Below are positions 41,464-53,877 of a DNA stretch of 53,877 nucleotides, piece by piece. Numbering within the stretch: position 1 is the first letter of the stretch; every line of letters starts with the position of its first letter. Source of the stretch: Bugula neritina (lineage: Eukaryota > Animalia > Bryozoa); contig CAXIUT010000148.1 in NCBI GenBank assembly GCA_964035545.1, positions 1-53,877 of the forward strand. The letters are read 5' to 3'. A program made the position numbers and the translations under genes. The notes beneath the pieces were generated by a model that had not been told where the DNA came from, did no database searches, and saw only the letters and a list, made by a program, of their open reading frames with translations.

Positions 41464-44400
41464 CAAAATAGACAATAACTCATTGATTTGACTATGATGA
41501 TGCACATATTTATTTCGATGATTTTCTTTTACTTCATTTTGAGGACTATTATCTTTTTTAGAGAGGGATTAAGGTAGATCATTAAAGACTAAATTCACCA
41601 TTAATCGATACATACTAAGACTAAGAAAAGGTTTTTATTTTTATTTCTTTTAATGAATAGATAAGGAACATCTTAACTTATAGAAAAGATCTATTTTTTT
41701 TGAAACATTTTATTTTTTAGGACTCCATTAATAAAGATTATTTTATTTGATATTTTTAATCAATGAAAATATTTTTTATTTTTGAAATAACCAACAATCT
41801 ACAGCTGATAAATATTCTTTAATAGAATCATCGATTTGAGGTTTAAAATTATATGAAATATAATTAAAATCAGAATCTGATATTTCATAAAGAAGAAAAA
41901 TACTTCTTTTAAATCTGTAGTCATCAACATATTAATAATCTTTGAATAAACTAAAATCGAATGCATTTATTTTCAATTGCGGAGAAGTAGGAGGACTATT
42001 ATTATTTTTTTGAATATGTTTTTGTATTATATGTAAATAATCTGTAAACATAAATGATAATTTGGTGAATTTATGAATATTAGATAATGTTTTTAATTCC
42101 TATTTTACTATCTACATTTAACTCAAATTAGCCAAAACAAATATATTTTCATTATGTTCTGTTCTAAGAACAATTAGAAGTTAAGTACTTAGGTATTGTT
42201 TGTTACTATATTAATTTTTAAACTCCTGAATTATCTAAACAAACTGATCCAAAAAATGCAAATAATAGAACCATTTATCTTTCATCAACAAATTTAAATT
42301 AGAATTATACCTAAAAAATAAAAAACCATCTACCTGATTCACTATCTGCTACAACTACTTACCATACAACACCATGTTCGGATAAACCTTCTCTTTCATA
42401 ATCAATTATTACTATTTTTTTTAAAGAGGCTTCTTCAACATCGATAACTACCTCATAATATTGGAATATATTTTGTAGAAATAATTTTAGATTTGACATT
42501 ATCCTATACAAGCTCTAGTTATAAATGCAAAACTTTATTCAATTCTACCAAAATGAACATTTCCCACATACTAAGGTATCTAAAATACTATATGAGAACG
42601 AATCGATGAATCTCTCTTTGCCTTGCTTGCTCTTTTAAAATTAAAACTTTTAAAATTGTCCTGAGAATCTGGATTGTTTTATAATTTAGTAAAAAGATAA
42701 TTAACCTGAAAGATCTATGAACATTCTCTATCTAGAAGTTTATTTATTTATTCTTTGAATTTGAGTTTCAAAATGTAAAGACATTTACCATATTTCTACG
42801 ACAATGCTTGTTAAGGTTTTTAGCAGTTAAATAACCAAGTATACTAACAGGTTTAATATGAATTTTGAGATTGACTTTAATTAAGAATTTAACTTGTTTT
42901 GATGTTAGTTGTTAATAAAGAATTACTTTCAGATATACTTCTTTTATCACAAGTAACAGGAGCACGAAGGGAACTAAATTAGTTTATTTATTGATGGGAT
43001 CCCTTTTTATCTAAAATTTATCCATTTACATCAGATTTGACTTAATATTTGACTGGCTATACATATTTGAGAGATTATATAAATCTATTATTTTATGAAT
43101 TTTAATTTTTACTTTTTTTTTATTGTTGACTTTTAAATTATACTCTATTATGATAAACTTCCAAATGCTGAATAATAAAATGTATAAGATGATCTTTATG
43201 AAAACAATTAGGTATTTAGAATCTGATTTATTTCTTTTATTAGTCTTCTCTTCTCTTAATAAATGATTATTAAAACTATTGAATCACTGTATGATTTATT
43301 AGTAGAAATCTAGAAACATCGTCAAATAGTTGTTTATGAAGAACTTACATCAAATGAGGTAATATCTTTTTATCTATTGCTTTAGGGTCTAACAAAGGAT
43401 TTATACAAAAACAATTGTAAACTAAATAATTTTTACATTTAGGAAATATTGTCTACTTATTCTATTATGATATCTACTTAACTAAATTTTGATCCTGTTG
43501 TTCTTCGAAATGAAAAATAACATGATAATTTTAACAAAACTTTTAAAATAAATAAGTATTTCTTATATTATGAATAATACTCAAACTAAAGATCTGATAC
43601 TCTTTCAGATAATGTAAAATTATATTTGGAGGTATTCTTTCATTTAAAGGTAGATAACTTCTATATAATCTACTTAAACCTACCTTTTGTGCAATTTGAC
43701 TACTCTATGAAAAAGAAGTCGGTTGTTCTGATACTGGTGATAGCTTTTTAGCCAAAAATTTAGATATTGCAGGATTCTTCTTAGTCACTTTCTTTGTAGT
43801 TATTGTTGTTATTTTATTAGATGTATTATTTACTGTTTCATTCATCCAGAGTTCATAAGGATACAGAGGAATCTAATATGTTAGTATTAGTTCATTCATA
43901 AGAATATTTGCATTGATAAAATTGTTTAAAGTTTTTAGATATTTATCTTATATTTTTTTCTTGAACATTTGCTGCTCAACAAAGAAAAACTTTTAACTCA
44001 GATGATAGCAAAATTATAGTTTTGCTTTAGAAACTTTCATCAAAATAGGCTGAGCAATATTGATACTTCCCTTTTATTATTACTAAAGAACCATATATTA
44101 ATGTTGAGACGGTTTGACTCTTTTAAAACCGATTTAATGCTGAAGGACAGGATGTTCTATAAAATTACAAATATTTTATACTTTTTGATGTTCTTTATTA
44201 ATCAATTTTAATTTAACTTCATTGGTATGATGTTCTTTCCATAAAAATTTAAAAGTATCTAACTTATAAATCAAAGTATCTTGTTTAGTAATGACAGACC
44301 TTTCCAACTAGTATGACATTTCTTATATCAACTATTTTATCAAACAACTAAAATAATCAATCATTTTCAATCCATTTTATGTATTATTTTTAGCTTTTAG

Positions 44401-46858
44401 ATAAAATTGAACCACAATTGATGACATATTTTTAATTATCTAAGAATAATGCTGACAAATAAGAAAAGGTAAGTTCTACCTGGTAATATCTATAAGTTCT
44501 TTTCCAGTATCTAGTTGCATCCTCATAAATAACTAACTATTAGTCCTTGATATGTTAGTATCTACCTCAAATTAAGCTTATTCGTCTTATTCTTTATTTC
44601 TTATCTGGAAATAATGGTTTACTCTTTTCAATGGAAAAAATTACTAAACTAAAGTAAATAACTTCTAAGCGAATATTGTTAATGTTTTCTTTGCTTTTTG
44701 TTCTTAAGGAGATCCAGAAGATAAATTAGTAATATAATATTTTTAACATAAAGAAAAAAGAGTTATAATGTTAATTCTTTTTTATTAAAGATGAGTAAAT
44801 TGTTGGTTATTTATAATTTTAGCAATTCCTCCTTTAAAATTTCCCTACAAAAATATCCTAAAATCATTCATATAAATTTGCTAATTAATACGATAGACGA
44901 TCTCCTTTAAAATTATGTCACAAAAAGTTGTTTCATTCTATCTTATGTTGAATTATTCATAGTACATATTGACAAATTTATAATAAAGATTTTTCTATCT
45001 TTTTTGAAGATAAAGAAACTTAAAAGGACTACATAAAAAAAATGAATATGTCTTGCCACTTATAGTAAGATTAAGATCTCCTTCTATTGAGCTAAGATCA
45101 GTAGGCATTAACAGTTTTGTTGGAGTTGGTAAAATATGATATTTTTAGCTGTTATGATCTCTATAATACTTTAAAATAAGTTATTTACAACTCCAAAAGA
45201 AGTTCAAAGGAAAAGCATATGATCTAATATCATATAGAATCATAATTTGTTAATAAACTTACTGATTGATGGCTTTAGGAGTTCCTGAACAAGTTGATTT
45301 CAATAATTTACAATGAATAGCTTGATAAGTATCAATAAGTCTTATGATTTCCTGTTGAGTTTGTTTTAATTGTGACGATATGATATTTACTAACTAAGGG
45401 ATAAATATAGGCTTTGAATTTGATTCTTTATTATAAGGATAGATATGTAAGAATGAAGGAGGAATAGCAAAATGAAATAATATCTCATTTTTTTATTTAC
45501 TCTATTTAACAGATAAGAAAGTTGCTTTTTATTGAGAACTATCCTCAGATCTCACTTCAATTATTTTAAAGTACTTCTTTAACTGAGCATCATTATTTTT
45601 GATACAGATTTTATCATATGTCAATTTTCTAAGTATCCCTTCCCAATAGATTTAATAAAGTTTGAAGTAATAGACAGATTTGAATTTTAAAGCCCATTTT
45701 TTATGAAACATATAATGCCCAATACAATCTTCATGTCTATGATAAAGAGATATCTGATTTTGAAGTTAAGTTTTATTCACAATCTTCGCAGGACTATCTT
45801 TTCTCAAAGTCATTAATCTTTCACTATGCTTTTGTCTCTCTTGTCGTAGTTGAACTTTAAATTCTAACAATATTTCGAAAATATCTGGGCACACTTCATT
45901 TTGATAGATATATTGAATAGATCTAAATTTTTAAGTCACAGGTTTTGTAAGATCGGGATTATTTTTCTTTGAAATATCAGTTATTTGCCAATTTTAAAGA
46001 AACTTTGCTTCAAAAATAAATTTATTCAAAGAACTTATTCCAGGCACTAAATCATAAAAAATAGATTAATTCTAAATAAATGTAAATATACTTATATTTT
46101 ATAACTACCAAAATGACCTCCAGTATTAATACATGAATACGTACACCAATTACAATTAAAGTTGATCAAAGATCCTGGTTCCTAGTCATTAAAAGAAGAA
46201 ACAACAATCAATGATTTTATTCCAAGAGTTGATTCCTAATTACTGAAAACCTGATAGATTAGTTCATTAATGCTATATCTCATATTATCTTTTTGATATG
46301 GAAGTCTAGATTTTTAAATAGTCAAATTGATAAAATCACAAAGAGGTTCAAGGTTATTCTCTTGCAGAGGTTAGTTAAAAAGGATCATCTAAGTAGAATT
46401 AGTAGTACTGATAATTTATTTTTATGGACTGTGAAGAGGGGTTGGGGTTGGGGTTGGGGTTGGGGTTGGGGTTGGGGTTGGGGTTGGGGTTGGGGTTGGG
46501 GTTGGGATATGATAATTTATTGCATATTTTTAAGAGGATAACTTTTAGTACCATAATTATAGACCAACATATATGGACTCAGATCTAACAAAAATATTAT
46601 TTTGTTGCTTTTAGTTTCAAAATAAAAAGTCAAATCTTGTCTATTTTTATAGCTAGGTGATTTCAGCCCATTGTGTTCAAGTAGTCGACAGTTATCCAAG
46701 TATTCAGATAGTTCGCAATACCGCATTTGATTTCTAATATCATAATGAAGACCAGCAATATTGTCTCCATGCATAATGAAACGTGAAAAGATATTAGCGA
46801 ATTCAGTTGTGACCTATTAGTCTTTCTATAGAATTACTCTCATTGATTTTGTATTCAT
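41464..46858 (-). CDS. Large protein (~1800 aa), possibly SZT2/KICSTOR-like; interrupted by tract 4, C-terminus runs into tract 3
   Basis: Long minus-strand coding region from ATG 46858; N-terminal KIIFLLDLSP resembles the SZT2 vWA-like FCLDLSPS motif; family call is tentative. Confidence 0.5.
46438..46506 (+). repeat. Internal telomeric tract 4, 69 bp, inside a CDS
   Basis: Read directly from sequence. Confidence 0.98.
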
Positions 46859-46960
46859 AAACTCTTATTATTATCAATATTTAAGAATATTAAATCAATT
46901 TATCTTGTAATTTATATTTTAATAATTGATTATTTATTAATTTCAATACACGACAAGAGA

Positions 46961-49641
46961 TCATTGACCATTCATAAGTGCTTATAACTTTTTACGATAC
47001 TTATTGCTCAAACTATCTGTGAGCTTTACCGCCTCATTTTGAGGTAGACTTCGCTATATTATTAAAAATGTACTAGTTGTTCTATCAGCATGATTCTATC
47101 TTTATCTGAATCATAAGGAGAATCATATAAAAGAGAATAGTTAGTTCCTGAACCGCCATAAAAAGATTATTCGTCATCACCATCATCTTCATTCATATAC
47201 TTCTAAAGTAATTGAGCTGTATTTTCTTATATTTCTTCATCATAATCGTCGTCAACAGAATCACAAATCAACTTTATCAAATCAACATTAACCCCTTGTT
47301 TCAGCCAAGGATAAACTGATAAACCTATAATGCTACGAATCAAATGAGTATCACTCAAAGCTCCAACTCCATAAACCATCCATGAATAAGCAGCTAAATA
47401 TGGACTCCATTCTGAAGAAACTTCTGAAGTATTCAAATTTGACAATTCCTGAGGCTAAAGTCGTTGATTTTCAATCAAAGCTAAAATAAGCTAGGGATTG
47501 ACTGGCCAAGGATAATATCTTAAAACTTAGTTTGGTGCTTTTTGAATAATATTTTTAAGAATAGACACCAAAGATTACTAAAATTAGACATCAGCTTTTT
47601 ACAGTTTAATAATTTAAGTTTGAAGTTCACCAGAAAGATGACTATGATTCATATTGAAACTATTTCCTTCAAGCAACTTTCGACAAACAGCATAAGGATA
47701 CTAAAAATCAGCAATAACTTTAGCTTTATGTACTAAAACAGAAAAAAGAGCAAGTACAGGATCTAAATAGTTATTATATTGACTAAAAGTACCTCTAAGA
47801 AGTTCAATCAAATCAGTACTTACAGAAAGATATATTTAAGGAGTTAAATTACATGTAAGAATCTGTTTAACTGTTGATAAGGCAGCCGAAGCTGGAGTGT
47901 TACAGTCAGCTTCATCTTCATCACCTTCTTAGTCTTATTCTTTTTTGGCTAATGAACAGAACATTCTTAACAAGTGATTTAACAAATCAGGAGCGAATGC
48001 AACTATTTAGTTATCAAAATTTTTAACAATTGATTCTAGACATTCAAGAAGATTTTCATGATCAAAAGTGTTCAAAGTTTTTACATATATTTATAGAATA
48101 GTTTGAAAGTGAGGTCTTGCAGATTAAAGAGCTGATGCATGTCCAAGAAGTGCAGTAAATGCTAGAATAGCATTATATCTTACCACCAAAGACCCTTAAC
48201 TTACAATTTTGGCATAGATGAGTTCCATAAGAGAAGAAACTGTTGGTCCTGAGAGATCTCCGAAAGGTAAATAAATAGCCAATAATTGACAAATGAGGGA
48301 ATTAAGTAGTTTATTTTGAACACTCAGAAGAGGTTGGAAATACTGCAAAACTAAATTCTAGAACTCCTGTTGGAAGTATTTTTGTTTCATTAATATTTTA
48401 CCAATAGTTATAAGTATTCTAAGAACTACTTCTTTTTGACTGTCAGTGAAGTTTTGCCCTGAAAGCACAGAAGCACAATACTCAACCATCCTCATCAGTT
48501 AGGGTTTTCCATTAAAAGATAAATAGTTAACTGATATTTCAACAAGATCTAAGGTAGATCTACGTAAAGGACAACATGATAAATCATCTTCTCGACGAAC
48601 ATATTCAATTTAATCAGAACTGAAAAGATTCAACTCTTCTTTTGAACTTTAACAAAGAGGAAGCAAAGTGTCTCTGTAGAAGAGATTTTCAATTTGTTCA
48701 GAAGTCAACATTCCTCTCAGATACTCTCTTTTAAAAATTTAATAAAGAGCATTAATTAGACTACTAAGAGTTTACTAATTTCCAATTCTTGAAATAACTA
48801 GTTGATAAACATGTTAGTATAATTTACAGGCATATCTATTTCTAAATTAGCTTGCCCATCCTCTAAACTCTTTGCCATCTTGAGCCTAATTACAATAAAC
48901 TGAAAATAATCTGATATAAATACGTGCTGTAATTTCCTGATTCTTTGCTGACAAAGTATTTGTCTGAGTACTAAATATACAGGTAAAGAAAACCATCCAC
49001 CTCTCCAATCTTGAAAAATCTCTTAGGTATGCTGGAATAGATATATGAAACGATGCATAAAATCCTTCAAGAATTTGTTCCAATAGTCTACTGGTTTGTT
49101 CATTGAAATTGCTGAGAATTTGTTCAATAACATTTTAGAGTTTAGAGTAAAAGTTCATAATAAACTCTTGCATGGGTTTTTGTTGTTATTCTTTGAGATA
49201 TTAATACACATTAGTAATCTGTCTAGCAAAATATATTCCTGCTTCGATTCTGTTTTATAAATCATAAGCAATTTTTTGATTAATCTAAGTAAAATGTGTC
49301 TAATAATCAACAGCTATAACCACATAAACAATTTCTTTATACAATTCGATAGCATTCAAATTATTATTGATCTAGTAGTAGAGGTCGAACAAACTACTTC
49401 TCAACAGCTATTTTTGTGAATTAGATATAGGTCTTTGAGGATCATTGTATCTAGCTAAAAGATAATTTTTAAGTGTGGTAAGTAACATGATTAGAATTGG
49501 ATGTTAAAGATTAGGAATGAGTCTGAGCAGTTATTAGGTGAATTAAGGATGTTAGCTAAACTACTTTAGTTTGTTTTATGAGGTGTGAACTGTATTTGGG
49601 TTGAGACAACCTTTTAAAGCATTGAGTAAATCTGAACTCAT
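46961..49641 (-). CDS. Importin-beta family karyopherin (importin-7/8-like); 20-nt intron 47054-47073
   Basis: IBN_N-like start LLNALKGCLNP..SENKLKEF..LTTLKNY; HEAT-type helices; EYVRREDDL; acidic loops near the C-terminus. Confidence 0.78.
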
Positions 49642-49821
49642 ACCGCCCTTTTATATTATTTATATCAGTCAGAGTTAAATATAATAAAACATCTTTCAGT
49701 CAAAATAAAAATAGTTTGTTTACTATTTATCTGAATTTCATACTAATAGATTAATATTGAATAAATATTTATATGAATGAATTTGATACAAATATTGATA
49801 ATAAAATTATTAGAATACAGG

Positions 49822-51400
49822 ATGTTCTAAAGTCCAATAACTAGAAAATTAACAAACTATCCAAAAGATTTTATACCTTCATCAGCTAGAAATCAATCAA
49901 ATAAACGATTTTCTTTCAATAAATAATATCAAATTGATGCTAAAAGTATTCAGAAATACGATAAAAGTATTGATGACATACAAATGGAATCAAAAACTAT
50001 GATGCCCTCTATCACTAATAGCATCAACCCATAAAAAAGTATCTTCTCATGCCAATAACTTTAACAAGACAGTCCTCTCAATCATCATAATAACTCAAAA
50101 AAACCACAATTTAACTAAGATCTACTCAAAAGACCAAGATTTTCCTTAAATGATCAATAAATTTAGTAAAGCTATGATCAAAAAATATAAAATTCATTAA
50201 GTCCAGGCTGCATAAAAAAACAACTCCTCAACAGACAAACTCCTCTTCCTCTTGAAGATCCCTGTAAAATATAGTTAAAAAAAGCAGGATAAAATAAATA
50301 CAATAAAAACAATAGTTCCTATATAATGTATAAATCATCAGGAGATGCTGACTATAAACGATGGGCATCTTCCTAAAAATAAATTATAATGGATAAATTC
50401 AAACAAAGCAGATCAAGACATCAACTAATGAACTACCTAAAGTAGTTAAATATGGTGGTAGTCAATAAGAATCTTGTTTAAGGTAGCAAAACAACAATAT
50501 GATCAGTTTAGAAGAAAACAAGAATAAAAAGGTAAATCTTTTGGACAAATTAATAATTTATTAAATAAGATTAATAAAAAAGATTAAGATTGTGATTTAA
50601 AACCTCCTAAATTTTAACAAAAAGCTATATAAAATTTAAAAGATTAAATAAATCATTTAGTCAAAAATAAAAAAGGTAAATAATCAAAAAATAACGATTA
50701 TTCATCATAATAAAGTTAAGAATAAATATAAAGACAATAAAAACATAAAAACAGATTTAAAAATCATAGACATCATCTTCATAATTCAAATTATTAAAAT
50801 GAAATTGCATAAATATTAGTATCTTATCGATCTTCTCTATCATATTTGAAAGATCTTTTCTTAAAAGCAAGAAATATAGATTCTTATCGTTTAGTAGTAA
50901 AAATACCAAGACTATTTATTTAAAATTTAATATTCAAAGGTCAAGATAAAGAAGAACTCTACTAAACAGCCAAATAGATCTTTTAGTAGTTGAAAATATC
51001 ATATTAAAATTTGATAATTAAGAAATATACCAATTGTACGATGCTCATCTCCAGAAATATCTGTTTGATTTGGCATTTCAATGGCAAACGTTATCTGGGA
51101 GGATGGCAATCAGAATATTTAGATTAAGGATTCAAACATGGTCTAGGACTTTAATGGGAACCATAAAAATATGTCTATTATGGATAATTTGTAAAAAATA
51201 AAAAACATGGACTTGGAATTTATAAAGATAGAAATGATACTAACTATATAGGATATTGGAATAAAGGACAAAGAACTTCAGTAAATTAAATAAATTCAGC
51301 AAGATATTAAAATAATTTGAACCCATATAATAATGGTTAATATTCAGATGAAGATATCTAGTAAACAGGTAGAAGAAGAGGAGCCTACTAATATATATGA
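49822..51400 (+). CDS. Protein with C-terminal MORN repeats (frame change near 50440-50500; may be two genes)
   Basis: RYLGGWQSEYLDEGFKHGLGLEW, YVYYGEFVKNKKHGLGIY, NYIGYWNKG. Confidence 0.65.
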
Positions 51401-51472
51401 TCTTTATTTTTACATCTGTGTCAATAGTATTAAATACATCAATATTAATGTAAAATGAAAGGAATATATTAA

Positions 51473-53148
51473 TCATAGCTTCATTAAGGGTTACTTTTTT
51501 AGTAAATTATTAGGTTTCGGTAAAGGCACGTATCCCAGTCCTAAACCTATATTTGCTCGATTCGTGCTCTTACTAGGAGGAAGATAAGTAGGAACTGCTG
51601 GTTGAAAGTTATAAGAAAATTTATTTGAAATTAAGCCTCCTCCTTCTTTTTTACTAGTAGGAATAATAGCATTAAGAGAACCTGTGGGATATAAAGGATT
51701 TCCTAAGGGTTTTCTATATGAACTATTTTCCTATCTTGAAAACATTTTTTCTTTCTATTATAAAGGTTGATAGTTTTTAATATTTCTCCATTCTTCCTTA
51801 GCTAAAGGCTTATAATCACCATGTTTCAACTATGTTTTACTTTCTCTTAATTATTTTTTCTATGGAGGCTTATAAAACTTATCTTTTGTACTTATTACAG
51901 GTAACTTTCCTTTTTCCTTCTACTTGTCTTTCTTTTTACTCTTATCCTCGAGATATTGCAATATAGAATCAATATCTTCACTGGCTCCTTCCATTGCTCC
52001 AGAACGATTATTCTAAATATGATCTATCTGCTTAAAAACATTTGAATCCATTGCATCATGTCTTCTAGTTTGCTTGAATTTTTATTTAGTTGCTCTAAAC
52101 ATATCAATCTTTTTATCCTCTTTAAATGTGTCAAGCTTGTTTCCCTGAGGCTTCTACTAGAAAATTGTCTCTTTTCCTACATTTTAACCTACAGATAAAT
52201 TTACTCCTTTGAAATAGTCATGTTTTAATATTCTACTTTATAAAACTAGTACTCTGAAGCAGTTGGCCTTTTTCTTGAAGAATATTTCAACATAGATTCT
52301 ATTAGGTCAATCGCTTCTAATGAAGCATTTGGAATTATGTCAACAAGATTGACTCCTCTTTAATCAGAAAATAATATCCTTTATTATTGATAATCTTACC
52401 TTTTGCCTGAGCAAGTTTATAACCTTATGGCCATTAGTTCTTATCTGGTTTTCCTAACACTTTTACAATTTTATTAAGTTGATCGACTTCATTAGATCCT
52501 GGAAAAAGTGGACAAAAAGTATATAACTCAGCCATTATGCATCCAAGAGCAAAGATATCTACAGGAGAATTATAATTAACAGATCTCAAAAGCAGCTAAG
52601 GAGCTCTATACCTAAATTTAATTTTAAATACCATCTTGTTGAGACATAATCAGTAAACGGTGGTCTTGATCTAATCTATCTAGCTAGTCCTAGATCACAA
52701 ACCTTGACAATGTTATTATAAACCAATAAATTTTCAGGTTTCATATCTCTATGAAAGAACCCATGCTTATGCATACTAGCTAATCCACTAACAATCTGAT
52801 AAATGATGTTTCTAAGTGAAATAGATATTACTTGATTTATTTTTAAGTGAAATGTCTGTTTTATTATTTCATTTTAGAGTAAACCTAATAGATATTGTAA
52901 TCCAGATATTAGAAGACCATATACAATTATTAGGCCACAAGAAGAACTTCTTTGAGTTTAATTATATTGCTATGATTAAGTTTTCTAAGAGATTTAATTT
53001 ATCTCAGCTATATGCATTAGTTCCAGGAAGAATATTTTTGTTTCATTTTTTTGATAGCAACTACTTACCCTGTCTTTATGTTAGTTGCTTTATAAACTGT
53101 TCCAAATGCACCATCTCCCAAAGTCTTTATTGTCTTATACTTTTACAT
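51473..53148 (-). CDS. MAK/ICK-family CMGC kinase; 20-nt introns 52233-52252, 52612-52631, 52812-52831, plus one near 52379-52399
   Basis: [55 protein letters not shown] (TDY activation loop), WPEGYKLA. Confidence 0.93.
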
Positions 53149-53795
53149 ATTAATGACTATGAAATAATTAGTTTCAAATCTAATAAAATTACATTCAATA
53201 ATCAATTTCAATTCCTTTAATTAGTCATAAACTCTTAATTTATTTTATATCAAAAGAAGAATATAAAAATAAATATAGAATTCTAATTTTTATAAATTTG
53301 ATTTTTAGATAAATAAATGAGTTCCCTTTTTTCTTTTATTCTTATTTAAGAACAGTTAAATCTTTATTTTATTTTATTTTATTTTTTCTATTTCTTTATT
53401 TATCGAAATAAAAATATCAAGAAATACCAAAGTGTTTTTATAATTGATTTGAATAATAATTTTCTTGGATTTTTAAATTATCTTAGATTAATATTTTATC
53501 AAATTGAGATAAGATCATCAATGATGTATTAACAATAATATCTTAGTAAAATTGACCTCTCGAAAAGAGTTCTAAAATAGCTAGTTTGATTTGAATTATA
53601 AAATTTTCTTCTCAGTATTAAATTATTATTATTATGAATTGATTGATTTTTGATCTTTTTTCTTTTTTAAAAAAAATCATCAAACCTTTGAATTTTTATG
53701 GTCTTAATCTACAAATAGACTCTAATAAAGAGGATTTTATGTTAGATAGAGAGATTTAATAAAATTAAGAGATTTCGATAAGTAGGATAATACGA

Positions 53796-53877
53796 TTGGG
53801 GTTGGGGTTGGGGTTGGGGTTGGGGTTGGGGTTGGGGTTGGGGTTGGGGTTGGGTTGGGGTTGGGGTTGGGGTTGGG
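53796..53877. repeat. Right telomere (TTGGGG)n
   Basis: G-rich repeat running to the window end. Confidence 0.99.

Noticed and set aside
46293-46541. Track ORF with (GW)n
   Set aside because: Translation of tract 4, antisense to a real gene
12950-46560. Chromosome-breakage motif (Tetrahymena Cbs or Euplotes TTGAA) near telomere junctions
   Set aside because: No match at a constant distance; a loose ATATTA near several junctions is expected in AT-rich DNA

Overview
This is a telomere-to-telomere (C4A2/T2G4) ciliate macronuclear chromosome of 53.9 kb, AT-rich and very gene-dense. The supplied ORF track is misleading. Here TAA and TAG both encode Glu and TGA is the only stop (peritrich-type code, NCBI table 30), as shown by conserved Glu positions in kinases, midasin, an EF-hand and Deltex. 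Re-read by hand in that code, the window holds one intron-containing tRNA-Tyr and about 26 protein genes. These include a Deltex-like E3 ligase, a Trl1-like RNA ligase-kinase, two calpain-like proteins, a Dbf4-type zinc finger protein, midasin, MORN and TPR proteins, RPS4, NEK and MAK kinases, an importin-beta and an SZT2-like protein. Two features stand out. (1) All 15 spliceosomal introns I could place by frame restoration are exactly 20 nt, fit GTA-N11-A-N2-WAG, and carry an invariant A six bases from the 3' end. (2) Four internal telomere tracts, all in right-end polarity, appear to replace coding sequence, pointing to a nested set of alternatively telomerised chromosome isoforms or to assembly chimeras. 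Coordinates come from manual translation; those of hypothetical genes are approximate.
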